From: Clostridiales bacterium
GTDB lineage: Bacteria; Bacillota; Clostridia; Oscillospirales; Oscillospiraceae
DNA: 51,854 bases
Direction: 5' to 3'
Assembly: GCA_012729975.1 (NCBI GenBank)
Contig: JAAYBW010000058.1
Location: forward strand, 1-51,854
Shown here: one piece after another, positions 9,701 to 16,859 of the stretch
Position numbering within the stretch: the first letter of the stretch is position 1
How the letters are laid out: every line of letters starts with the position of its first letter
Made by a program: the position numbers and the translations under genes
Notes under the pieces: model-generated
Told to the model about the DNA's origin: nothing
Seen by the model: only the letters and a program-made list of their open reading frames with translations
Databases searched by the model: none

Positions 9701-11082
9701 CGCTTGCCTGCCGCATTTTGGGAAGATGCTCGCAATATCAGAGCGGCGGAGCGTTTGGTTTTCGGGACCAGCTTCAGGATGTTTGCGCTCTTACTCCGGC
9801 ATTTCCGGGACTAGCCGAGCTTCAGATATTGTCTGCCTGCGCTCATCAATATGAGGAGGGTGATGTAATGCATTGGTGGCATGTCGGAAGGGGCGAAGAC
9901 AATGACAGAGGTGTAAGGACTCGCTGCAGCGACGATATGCTGTGGCTGCCGTTTGCCGTATCCAGATATTGTAATGTTACCGGTGATTTAAAAATACTGG
10001 AAAAAAGCAGCTGCTGGCTGATATCATCACCTCTTGAGGTTCATGAGGCGGACAGATATGAGCAGGCTGTACCGTCAGAGCGCGAATCAAGTATATATGA
10101 CCATTGTATGGCGTCATTCGGGATTGTTCAGCAAAGAGGTACCGGCAAACACGGGCTCCTTCTTATAGGCACCGGTGACTGGAACGACGGTTTTTCCCGG
10201 GTCGGTGCGGGTGGCCTCGGAGAAAGCGTGTGGCTTACATGGTTCGCTTCACTTGCAGCGGATACATTTTCCCGGTTATGCTCTCATACGGGCAGAGAAC
10301 GCGACGCACAGCATCTGAGAGAACTAGCGCATATATGGGCAAAAGCAGCTGACGAGTCCTGGGATACCGACAGATACCTGCGCGGATATTTCGATGACGG
10401 ATCTGCTCTGGGCGCAGGAGAAAATGAGGAATGCCGTATTGATTCAATTGCGCAGAGCTTTGCGGTCCTATCAGGCATGGCTGACGGCGATAAGTGCGTA
10501 AAGGCGCTGGAAACAGCATTCAGAGAACTCTATGACTCCGAAAATGCACTGACAAGGCTCTTCACACCGCCATTTGACTCAGGATCAACCGATCCCGGAT
10601 ATATAAGGAGTTATATACCGGGGGTAAGAGAAAACGGCGGTCAGTATACCCATGCGGCTATATGGCTTGCTATAGCGCTTTTGCGCATCGATCGCCGTGA
10701 AGAAGCGACACGACTGCTGCTTTCAATGCTTCCGTCTTCTCGTGACGATTCGGTTTATATGGTTGAACCGTATGTATTGGCTGCGGATATATATTCTAAT
10801 ACGGCGCACCCGGGAAGAGGCGGATGGAGCTGGTATACAGGAGCTGCCGGATGGTATTATATCGCAGTTGTCGAAGAGCTGCTCGGCTTTAAATACGATA
10901 TGGGTAAGCTAAGTGTCAAACCTAGAATCCCCGAGTCATGGGACGGTTTCAAAGCGGTGGTGAGCACTGCTCGGACAAACACAGAAATCGTCGCCGTAAA
11001 GGGGAAAGGAAGTCAAACGGAGATATCCGTTCACTGTACGGATAAAAACACAGAGAGCACAGATAAAGAAATGTTTGAGTAA
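3772..11082 (+). CDS. Giant multidomain glucan synthase/phosphorylase, cyclic beta-1,2-glucan synthase-like (GT84-like + alpha-barrel middle domain + GH94-like)
   Basis: One uninterrupted 7.3-kb ORF. Hydrophobic helices at about aa 285-330 and 690-830 flank a GT-A-like region with D-T-D (aa 490-492, nt 5239..5247) and Q-D-R-W (aa 636-639, nt 5677..5688). The middle region (NYMPPDNWQEDPPVGVAERTSPTDIGMAML) looks glucoamylase/cyclization-like. The C-terminal ~1200 aa look GH94-like, with FGFRDQLQD (nt 9754..9780) and TGDWNDG (nt 10171..10191). The alternative start ATG 3790 has a better RBS (GGAGGA). Confidence 0.8.
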   Translation: MEDIQRMFDIAPDKLTQYAESTAKCLDSDCVVRGKRITGRISLFLKRLTEAAEKCRMELADSTAPRAVAEWLADNRFLAEKEARSAAAAFKGAGMLPAASEDRIPLVCAAASAFVHACGCKVDRESLMTFFEGFQKIRPFSEKELSLLFDSIRYALVEKVVECGQRAFSVQDDAGDPAFIASAVFSSLRYIDDADADEILRGLSQTERRFLEDPADVYGKMDKESRRRYRMRLSDLAGDYQLSERAAAEQILALAGKENGIRSHIGYWLFEKPLGHEGKNKKGSVYIGSIIIATVSLSLLAAFLSASPAAALLFIVPISELIKCAADYIILKFTRPSYLPRLELKTGIPQEGRTLCVVSAVLTDPESALRFTGLLERCMFSNKAAGSELRIALLADLKEADAAQVDSDSQILSAVKSKVNELNSRYGERFLALVRPRKMSSGTKKYCGWERKRGAIESLVSKINGMPSDLYAISGDIKLLDGVKYLILLDTDTRPGIDTARKLIGAMLHPLNRPVIDEATRTVISGYGVMQPRNTVSLDAAGRSIFSEVFAGQGGFDPYCGCCGDLYQDVFNEGNFTGKGVLSVEAYTVCLNGRLPPERILSHDLLEGSYLRCGYINGVEFADGFPSSPMAYYERQDRWTRGDWQLLPWLTRYVKNARGKTEHNPLTEQDRWKIADNLRRSLVPVLCALCVAAAILSDIRALFAAAIVSALAISSPLITGQVEQLFRRPSLNAKRYRSEVLSGLHAAYLQTLIKIALLPYEAFVCLRAALTALYRQFVSKKNMLKWVTAAESENRKGSLISCVLRMYPAVIAGAILAVFSQWPAGSALGIVWFFSPLTAYLLSKPSRKRMELSKENKEFLRKNCADMWRFFETFLTPERNYMPPDNWQEDPPVGVAERTSPTDIGMAMLSVLAAWDMGLCDCQKARTLLGSMVSSIERMEKWNGHLFNWYDTRKLIPLEPRYVSSVDSGNLAGAYIALCAGTIELNDIALSERIRKLLNEMRFEPLYDSEKKLFLIGKSISGNENGACYDLLASEARLLSYITIAKGQAESSHWRRLGRVMSSAGLKSGMASWTGTMFEYFMPELLLPYYRNSLVGESLRFCLYCQRRRGRPWGESESAFFAFDAALNYRYKAHGIRELALKRDAGSDRVCAPYATYLTLPLAPAAAVRNLKRFRKAGCEGRFGFYEALDITPARTGSEGFKSVRCFMAHHLGMSLAAADNALNNNIMVRRFMSDPEMEAHTELLQEKGPVGQFVATEPVREIPDRYAFRSTEVWEKVLDKADKSSECSFISNGKYSVMLYANGRRRSVFGDILIASPGGHYGPGEGISFWFVTGGIAKPLTPYPFAAGDMEYSCSLSLAGCGISARGAGFLSKTETYVPDFETGEVHSLTLVNTGEGLLSGELAFYMQPVLAAEKNHYSHQSFSKLCVQTAYKDGTLTVKRRKGGAIAPITLSIKASEPFTYDTFREKTCGRGAGRALPYALLKKPENSCGDPLDPCVLIRFPVKIKPSSEKKIFIALGVGTESSEASESAARLLLLCGKEKMYWGLGAASRFGLSAQAIEAAMELAARLNTGEKTATHIEKQYGRKDLWKYGVSGDFLVYGVHVNEADAEKMSEFMREHGFLKSLGFSYDLVFMFDDKGEYRRPVRTRFETEAMKEGLESQINARGGIFAAEGSEQELSGLVAMCDAISNNKGMKRSLFSYEPIRPLMTNVAEERWRHFDKDGSFTFTTERGIGPLAWCHVLTNGGLGWLAADCGTFGLWIDNARESRLLPWINDPLRAEGSERIYLRLKNNLTGVFAQADDIGCRVTYGYGWAEWEKTISGTRVVTVGYVHPDINARVLIIKADTAPENTILEYSADPIPGSESIAAKTVNISVQKNGIRAVDNESGLELSIMSSRPVRAGEGFSFFCDMSGTIVLVCGCGDSGKLQQLADEYTAEAGLQRTKQYWRALSGFISVQTPFPELDSYINGWCIYQSLACRILGRCSQYQSGGAFGFRDQLQDVCALTPAFPGLAELQILSACAHQYEEGDVMHWWHVGRGEDNDRGVRTRCSDDMLWLPFAVSRYCNVTGDLKILEKSSCWLISSPLEVHEADRYEQAVPSERESSIYDHCMASFGIVQQRGTGKHGLLLIGTGDWNDGFSRVGAGGLGESVWLTWFASLAADTFSRLCSHTGRERDAQHLRELAHIWAKAADESWDTDRYLRGYFDDGSALGAGENEECRIDSIAQSFAVLSGMADGDKCVKALETAFRELYDSENALTRLFTPPFDSGSTDPGYIRSYIPGVRENGGQYTHAAIWLAIALLRIDRREEATRLLLSMLPSSRDDSVYMVEPYVLAADIYSNTAHPGRGGWSWYTGAAGWYYIAVVEELLGFKYDMGKLSVKPRIPESWDGFKAVVSTARTNTEIVAVKGKGSQTEISVHCTDKNTESTDKEMFE

Positions 11083-11173
11083 TTGAACTGTTTTTTAACA
11101 ATGACCGCGCGCTATTGTCAATTGTTTCTGGTTATGTTATAAATTTCATATTAAGTGATCTTAAAATTGTTTC

Positions 11174-12481
11174 TTGGGAGTGGTCGTCTGCGTGGAAAAC
11201 GCCGAATACAGGACCGTTATGCCTGACGTAGAGCTAATCTGCGTGAAGACGGACAAGTTCAAGACAGGATATTTCAGCGTAACTCTTCTCCGGAATCTTC
11301 GCAAAGAAACAGCATCTAAAACAGCGTTGCTGCCGTATGTTCTAAGGCGCGGCTGCAGTAAATATCCGAATATGGAAAGCATATCCGCGGCTCTCGACGA
11401 GCTTTACGGCGCGAGCATAGATCCCGTGGTAAGGGCGTTGGGAGAAGTTCAGAGCATCGGGTTTGCCTGTGGATTTGCCGATGACCGATATCTGCCGGAC
11501 GGAGAAACGATTTTGGAAAAGGTCATCGGGCTTGTTGGCGAAATATTGCTTGATCCTGCGACAAGAGCAGGTACTTTCGATTCCGAATATGTCATATCGG
11601 AACGCAAAAACCTGTGCGATCGCATACGCTCGCTTATTAATGATAAACGCTCCTATTCCATAGCGCGCCTAAAGGAGTTAATGTGTGACAATGAGCATTA
11701 CGGCGTTGATCGATTCGGCACCCTCAAAACCGCCGAAAGGATTACCAAACTGGCTTTGACGCGCCATTACAGGAGTGTTATTGCCTCGTCACAGATTAAG
11801 CTGTTCTATTGCGGCAGCGCAGATATAGACAGGGTAGAGGCTGCCGTTTTAGCGGCGTTTCGAACTCTTCCGCGAAGCGAACGCGAGGAGGATGTTGCAA
11901 CTCAGATTAAAATAGATTGCGCGGAGACGAGGTTCTTTACGGAGGAGCTGGATGTTTCTCAGGGTAAGCTGGCAATGGGATTTCGTTTAGGTCCGATCAT
12001 GTATCATCCCGATTACGCGGCAATAGCGATATTCAACGCCGTCTTCGGAGGCAGTGTTACCTCAAAGCTTTTTGTAAATGTAAGAGAAAAATTGTCTTTA
12101 TGCTATTATGCCGGATCCGGTACCGACAGGCGTAAGGGAGTGATGCTGGTTTCCTCCGGCATCGATTTTGATAAATATCAGACAGCTTTAACAGAGATAA
12201 TTACACAGCTTGATGCCTGTAGGAACGGTGAAATAACCGAGGAAGAGCTGTCATCCGCAAAAAAGTACGTTATCACTATGCTGCGTTCGCTGCTGGACAG
12301 CGCCGGAGGTCTGGAGGATTATTGGCTGGGTCAGTCTATCGACGGGCTAACCTACGGACCCGAAGAGTACGCGGCACTTGCAGAGGATGTAACCGTCGAG
12401 GATATTACGGCAATAGCCCAAAGTGTAGTCCTTGATTCCGTTTATTTTCTCCGCGGCCGTATCGAAGGGCAGGTGGGATGA
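11174..12481 (+). CDS. M16-family (insulinase-like) peptidase, non-catalytic subunit type (no HxxEH)
   Basis: 435-aa ORF with an M16 fold-like N-terminus (TGYFSVTLL...TALLPYVLRRG) but no zinc motif. It overlaps the next M16 gene by ATGA. The start is uncertain: TTG 11174, or GTG 11192. Confidence 0.75.
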   Translation: MGVVVCVENAEYRTVMPDVELICVKTDKFKTGYFSVTLLRNLRKETASKTALLPYVLRRGCSKYPNMESISAALDELYGASIDPVVRALGEVQSIGFACGFADDRYLPDGETILEKVIGLVGEILLDPATRAGTFDSEYVISERKNLCDRIRSLINDKRSYSIARLKELMCDNEHYGVDRFGTLKTAERITKLALTRHYRSVIASSQIKLFYCGSADIDRVEAAVLAAFRTLPRSEREEDVATQIKIDCAETRFFTEELDVSQGKLAMGFRLGPIMYHPDYAAIAIFNAVFGGSVTSKLFVNVREKLSLCYYAGSGTDRRKGVMLVSSGIDFDKYQTALTEIITQLDACRNGEITEEELSSAKKYVITMLRSLLDSAGGLEDYWLGQSIDGLTYGPEEYAALAEDVTVEDITAIAQSVVLDSVYFLRGRIEGQVG

Positions 12482-13767
12482 CAATGGAATACAAAAGCTA
12501 TGAAAAAGTCGGAGAGACGGTTTACCATGCTGTTCTTGATAACGGCCTGAATATCTATATCATACAAAAAAAAGGCTATATGAAGAGCTTTGCATGCTTT
12601 GCGGCGAATTACGGAGGCTGTGACCTGCGCTTTAAGCTGGATGATGGGTTTACAGATACCCCCGCCGGTATCGCGCATTTTTTGGAACATAAAATGTTTG
12701 ACATGCCGGACGGAAACGCACTTACGAGACTATCGGAAAACGGAGCTTCGGCCAATGCGTTTACCAGCGACAGCACAACGGCGTATTTCTTCGAGAGTAC
12801 AGATCTTTTTGAAGAAAATTTGAAGCTATTGCTGAACTTTGTTTCAACACCTTACTTTACGCTCGAAAGTGTTGAAAAAGAAAAAGGAATAATTGCCCAG
12901 GAAATAAGAATGGGCGAAGACAGTCCGGGCCGCGCGGTATACGTAAATCTCCTGAACGCGCTATTAAGCAGCCATCCCGCGCGGATATCGATTGCAGGGA
13001 CCGTGGAGAGCATAGCGGGCATTACAGCGAGTACGCTTGAAGAATGCCACCATGTTTTCTATAATCCTTCCAATATGGTATTATGCGCAGCGGGGGACTT
13101 TGACCCGCAGCGCGTTATGCAAATAGCCCGCGAAATTGTAAAGGCTCCGCCCGGCGGGATGCCGGTCCGTGACTACGGAGGCCCGGAATCAATGCTGCCG
13201 GTCCGAAAACTCATTGAAGTTAATATGGAAGTCTCGCGGCCGCTGTATATGTTCGGAGCTAAACTTCAGCCGGAAAAGAACGGCCAGTCTCTGTACAGAC
13301 AAATACTCGCTGCCGAGCTTGCCCTTGAAGCCATGATGGGTACCTCGTCTCCGCTCTACAATAAGCTTTATTCAAAAGGAATTATTAACGGAAACTTCGA
13401 TTACGGGATTATCGATTTTCCCGAGGTGCTGCTTGCTTATGTTGACGGAGAAGGCGAAGAATACAGAGCTGTTATGGATGCCGTATTTAGTGAAGCTTAC
13501 AGGATCGGACGTGAAGGATTTGATAAGTCTCTGTTTAACAGAATTAAGAAGGCGTCAATCGGCGGCTTTCTCAGAAGCCTGAATTCTCTCGAAAATTGCT
13601 GCATATCGATTGCGGAGGGGTGCTTTGCCGGTTACGATCCGATGGAGGGACTTGATTTAATCAACGGGATTACAAGTGAAGAGGCTGCGTGTTTGGTATC
13701 CGGGATTTTAACCGAAGATAATACGGCCCTGTCGGTAGTTAACCCTCAGGCCGGTGCTGAGGAGTGA
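12478..13767 (+). CDS. M16-family zinc peptidase (HxxEH present)
   Basis: 429 aa. It has the inverted zinc motif HFLEH (GIAHFLEHKMFD). It forms a YmfF/YmfH-like pair with the preceding gene. Confidence 0.88.
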   Translation: MTMEYKSYEKVGETVYHAVLDNGLNIYIIQKKGYMKSFACFAANYGGCDLRFKLDDGFTDTPAGIAHFLEHKMFDMPDGNALTRLSENGASANAFTSDSTTAYFFESTDLFEENLKLLLNFVSTPYFTLESVEKEKGIIAQEIRMGEDSPGRAVYVNLLNALLSSHPARISIAGTVESIAGITASTLEECHHVFYNPSNMVLCAAGDFDPQRVMQIAREIVKAPPGGMPVRDYGGPESMLPVRKLIEVNMEVSRPLYMFGAKLQPEKNGQSLYRQILAAELALEAMMGTSSPLYNKLYSKGIINGNFDYGIIDFPEVLLAYVDGEGEEYRAVMDAVFSEAYRIGREGFDKSLFNRIKKASIGGFLRSLNSLENCCISIAEGCFAGYDPMEGLDLINGITSEEAACLVSGILTEDNTALSVVNPQAGAEE

Positions 13768-13774
13768 CACAGTA

Positions 13775-14827
13775 ATGAGTGATGCCATTATTACCTTTCC
13801 GATACTCGGCGAGGGTTTCCGTCTTGATTTCAAGCCGTATTTTACATTGTTCGGCCGTAATTTCTACTGGTACGGTGTGATAATTGCGGTTGGTTTTCTG
13901 CTGGCTGTTTTCTATGCGATGAAAAGAAGCAGAGATTTCGGATTAAATGAGGACTCCGTTATTGACATGCTTATATATACTGTTCCTCCTGCTATCATTT
14001 TTGCGCGGATTTATTATGTGATACTGTACTGGAATGAGGGAGGCTACGCCAAAGATATTGTATCGATAATAAAGATATGGGAAGGCGGATTAGCGGTATA
14101 CGGCGGTTTGATCGGCGGTTTTCTGGGTCTTATCTTATTCACAAGGGTTAAAAAAATAAAATTCGGCCCGATGGCGGATGTGGGAGCTTTGGGAATGATG
14201 ATAGGGCAAGCCATAGGCCGCTGGGGTAATTTTACTAATCGCGAAGCATACGGTGTCAAAACAAATGTGCCCTGGAAGATGGGTCTGACAAATCAATACG
14301 GGACGTTTTATTTTCACCCCTGCTTCCTTTACGAGAGCTTGTGGAACATTCTCGGTTTAATACTGCTGCATTTTTACTCCAAGAAGAGAAGAAAGTACGA
14401 CGGTCAGATATTCCTGATGTACATCGTCTGGTACGGTATCGGACGTTTATTCATCGAAAGCTTGCGCACAGACAGTCTGTACTTATTCGGAACCGGAATC
14501 AGAGCGTCTCAGCTTGTCGCGGTTATTTGTATCCTGCTGGGCGGAGGCGTGATGATATATAATAAATTAGCTAAGCACTATGAGCCGGAAGACCTTTGGG
14601 TTAACAGGGAAAAGAAAGCCGAAATAATCGCCGCGGAGGAAGAAGCTTCCAGACTTAAGAAGCTTGAGATTGAAAAGGAGGAGTTTGATGAGGAACTATC
14701 TGACGCCTTCAGGATGCTTTTATACAAGCAGACGGTTAAAGACACGGAGGTCGAACTGATCCCGGAAGAACCGGCAGTCGAGCCGGTTGAGGTATTTCTG
14801 TCGGAAAGTGATGATGACAAAGAGTAG
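13775..14827 (+). CDS. lgt: Prolipoprotein diacylglyceryl transferase Lgt with an ~80-aa acidic C-terminal extension
   Basis: It has the Lgt signature GRWGNFTNREAYG and multiple TM helices. The ATG at 13775 has AGGAG 10 nt upstream; the track start 13754 is GTG. The tail from about aa 270 is rich in E, K and D. Confidence 0.9.
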   Translation: MSDAIITFPILGEGFRLDFKPYFTLFGRNFYWYGVIIAVGFLLAVFYAMKRSRDFGLNEDSVIDMLIYTVPPAIIFARIYYVILYWNEGGYAKDIVSIIKIWEGGLAVYGGLIGGFLGLILFTRVKKIKFGPMADVGALGMMIGQAIGRWGNFTNREAYGVKTNVPWKMGLTNQYGTFYFHPCFLYESLWNILGLILLHFYSKKRRKYDGQIFLMYIVWYGIGRLFIESLRTDSLYLFGTGIRASQLVAVICILLGGGVMIYNKLAKHYEPEDLWVNREKKAEIIAAEEEASRLKKLEIEKEEFDEELSDAFRMLLYKQTVKDTEVELIPEEPAVEPVEVFLSESDDDKE

Positions 14828-14897
14828 CCGGCACTGTGATTTTCAGTTAAAAATCAGTAAGAACGGGAATAACGAAACATTCAGAGGAGGAATGAAA

Positions 14898-15308
14898 ATG
14901 GCTAATTTTGATGATTTTAAGCAAAAAACTACGGAAGCGGCCGAGTATATTGCAGCCAGATCGATTAACCTCGCTAAGGCAGCCGCAGAAAAAACAAAGC
15001 TTATCGCTAAGATTTCCCGAATAAAGGCCGAGATAATTACGGAGAAAGATTCCGTACGCAGAGCATATCTTGAGTTGGGAAAGCTGTATTACATGAATTT
15101 CAGAGATGACGCAGCACCGACTCTTGCGGCCGCATGTGATAAGATCAGCGCTTCACTGGCAGAAATTATGATTAAAAAGGCACAGATAGAGGAGTGCAAA
15201 GCCGAACTGAAGAATTCGGATAAGTCACAACTTAACGATGAACCGGCGGAAGTCTGGCCTGATACCGAAGAAATCGAATGCTGTGCTAAAACAGATGACG
15301 AGACGTAA
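14898..15308 (+). CDS. Hypothetical small coiled-coil protein with acidic tail
   Basis: AGGAGG (14885..14890) lies 7 nt before ATG 14898. The product MANFDDFKQKTTEAAEY... is 136 aa and predicted helical. I recognise no family. Confidence 0.6.
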   Translation: MANFDDFKQKTTEAAEYIAARSINLAKAAAEKTKLIAKISRIKAEIITEKDSVRRAYLELGKLYYMNFRDDAAPTLAAACDKISASLAEIMIKKAQIEECKAELKNSDKSQLNDEPAEVWPDTEEIECCAKTDDET

Positions 15309-15334
15309 AACCACTACAGCAATAGGATGTACAC

Positions 15335-15383
15335 GTATTGACAAAGGGACGCCGGTTATCTTCCGGCGTCCCTTTGTCAATAC
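15335..15383 (+). terminator. Very long perfect hairpin (21-bp stem, 7-nt loop) downstream of the small coiled-coil gene; no U-tract
   Basis: gtattgacaaagggacgccgg-ttatctt-ccggcgtccctttgtcaatac. The stem can extend 5 more bp after one mismatch. The flanks are not T-rich on either strand. Confidence 0.65.
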
Positions 15384-15404
15384 ATGTACGGCAACAAGTT
15401 TGTC

Positions 15405-15433
15405 TTTACTGCCCGGCGGCATTGTGCTAGAAT
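15405..15433 (+). promoter_or_regulatory. Candidate extended -10 promoter for asnS
   Basis: TTTACT (15405..15410), a 17-nt spacer ending in TGC, then TAGAAT (15428..15433). It lies about 30 nt upstream of the asnS start. Confidence 0.4.
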
Positions 15434-15464
15434 ATCTCAACCAGACTTTATGGGGGAGTTCGAT

Positions 15465-16859
15465 ATGAACAGGGTATGTATAAAGCAAATATACGATTCA
15501 GTCGGCAGTTTTACCGGAGAAAAAATAACCGTATGCGGTTGGATCCGAACCGTAAGGGATATGAAAACCTTTGGGTTCATCGAGCTAAACGACGGCAGTT
15601 GTTTCAAGGGGATTCAAGTCGTTATCGAGGACGGAAAAATCGATAACTATAAAGAAGCCGTAAAATATAACGTAGGTACATCACTCGCGGTGCGGGGCGA
15701 GCTCAGGCTGACACCCGGAGCAAAGCAGCCGTTCGAGCTTCATGCCTGCGAAATCAGCGCAGAGGGGCTCTCGGAGCCCGATTATCCGCTGCAGAAAAAA
15801 AGGCATTCTGTAGAATTCTTAAGAACGATAGCACATCTTAGACCTCGCACTAATTTGTTCGCAGCAGTGTTTCGCATAAGGAGCGCAGCCGCTCATGCCA
15901 TCCATTGTTTTTTTCAAGACAGAAACTTTGTATACGTTAATACGCCTATAATAACCGGAAACGACTGTGAGGGCGCGGGTGAGATGTTCCGTGTTACGGT
16001 TCTTGACCCGGATAAACCTCCGCGGTGTGAAGACGGTTCGGTTGATTTCTCTCAGGATTTTTTCGGTAAGGTGACAAGCCTCACCGTATCCGGACAGCTT
16101 AACGCAGAATGTTATGCGCTGGCCTTCGGCTCGGTTTATACTTTCGGACCGACGTTCAGAGCTGAAAAATCGAACACCCCGCGACATGCGGCTGAATTCT
16201 GGATGGTTGAACCGGAGATTGCCTTTGCTGATTTGAAAGATGATATGGAGCTTGCGGAGGCAATGCTCAAATATGTGATTTCAAAAGTTCTTGACCAATG
16301 TCCGCTCGAGCTCGAGTTTTTAAACAATTTCATTGACAGCGGCCTTATCAGCCGCCTGACAAGCGTGCGTGATTCGGATTTTGCGTCTGTGACATATACA
16401 GATGCGGTGAAAATATTGGCTTCCAGCGGGGAAAGCTTCCAGTATCCCGTATTTTGGGGATGTGATCTGCAGACGGAGCACGAAAGGTATCTTTCTGAAA
16501 AGTACTATAAGAGACCTGTCTTTGTCACTGACTATCCAAAGGAAATAAAAGCCTTCTATATGCGGCTGAACGATGACAATAAAACTGTAGCGGCGATGGA
16601 TCTGCTCGCTCCCGGAATCGGAGAGATAATAGGCGGAAGCCAGCGCGAGGAGAGGGAGGAAGTACTCAGGGCGCGGATAAATGAACTTGGCCTGAGCAGT
16701 GAAGATTATTGGTGGTATCTCGAACTGCGCAAGTATGGAGGTACAAGCCATGCGGGCTTTGGTTTGGGATTTGAGCGTCTGATCATGTACCTCACCGGTG
16801 TTACGAACATACGCGACGTATTGCCGTTCCCCAGAACGACCGGAAGCGCCGATTTTTGA
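15465..16859 (+). CDS. asnS: Asparaginyl-tRNA synthetase
   Basis: Class IIb aaRS motifs are present ([19 protein letters not shown]). I trimmed the start to ATG 15465, which has GGGGGAG upstream; the track start is 15384. Confidence 0.95.
   Translation: MNRVCIKQIYDSVGSFTGEKITVCGWIRTVRDMKTFGFIELNDGSCFKGIQVVIEDGKIDNYKEAVKYNVGTSLAVRGELRLTPGAKQPFELHACEISAEGLSEPDYPLQKKRHSVEFLRTIAHLRPRTNLFAAVFRIRSAAAHAIHCFFQDRNFVYVNTPIITGNDCEGAGEMFRVTVLDPDKPPRCEDGSVDFSQDFFGKVTSLTVSGQLNAECYALAFGSVYTFGPTFRAEKSNTPRHAAEFWMVEPEIAFADLKDDMELAEAMLKYVISKVLDQCPLELEFLNNFIDSGLISRLTSVRDSDFASVTYTDAVKILASSGESFQYPVFWGCDLQTEHERYLSEKYYKRPVFVTDYPKEIKAFYMRLNDDNKTVAAMDLLAPGIGEIIGGSQREEREEVLRARINELGLSSEDYWWYLELRKYGGTSHAGFGLGFERLIMYLTGVTNIRDVLPFPRTTGSADF

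Noticed and set aside
11174-13767. The M16 peptidase pair as part of a RiPP or PQQ-like maturation system.
   Set aside because: No precursor peptide, radical SAM, cyclodehydratase or transporter genes lie adjacent. The arrangement matches the widespread housekeeping YmfF/YmfH-type pair.
15309-15464. A T-box leader for asnS, with the 21-bp hairpin as its terminator.
   Set aside because: The 156-nt region is too short, there is no T-box sequence (AAnnnGGGTGGTACCGCG-like) or specifier-loop architecture, and the candidate promoter lies downstream of the hairpin.
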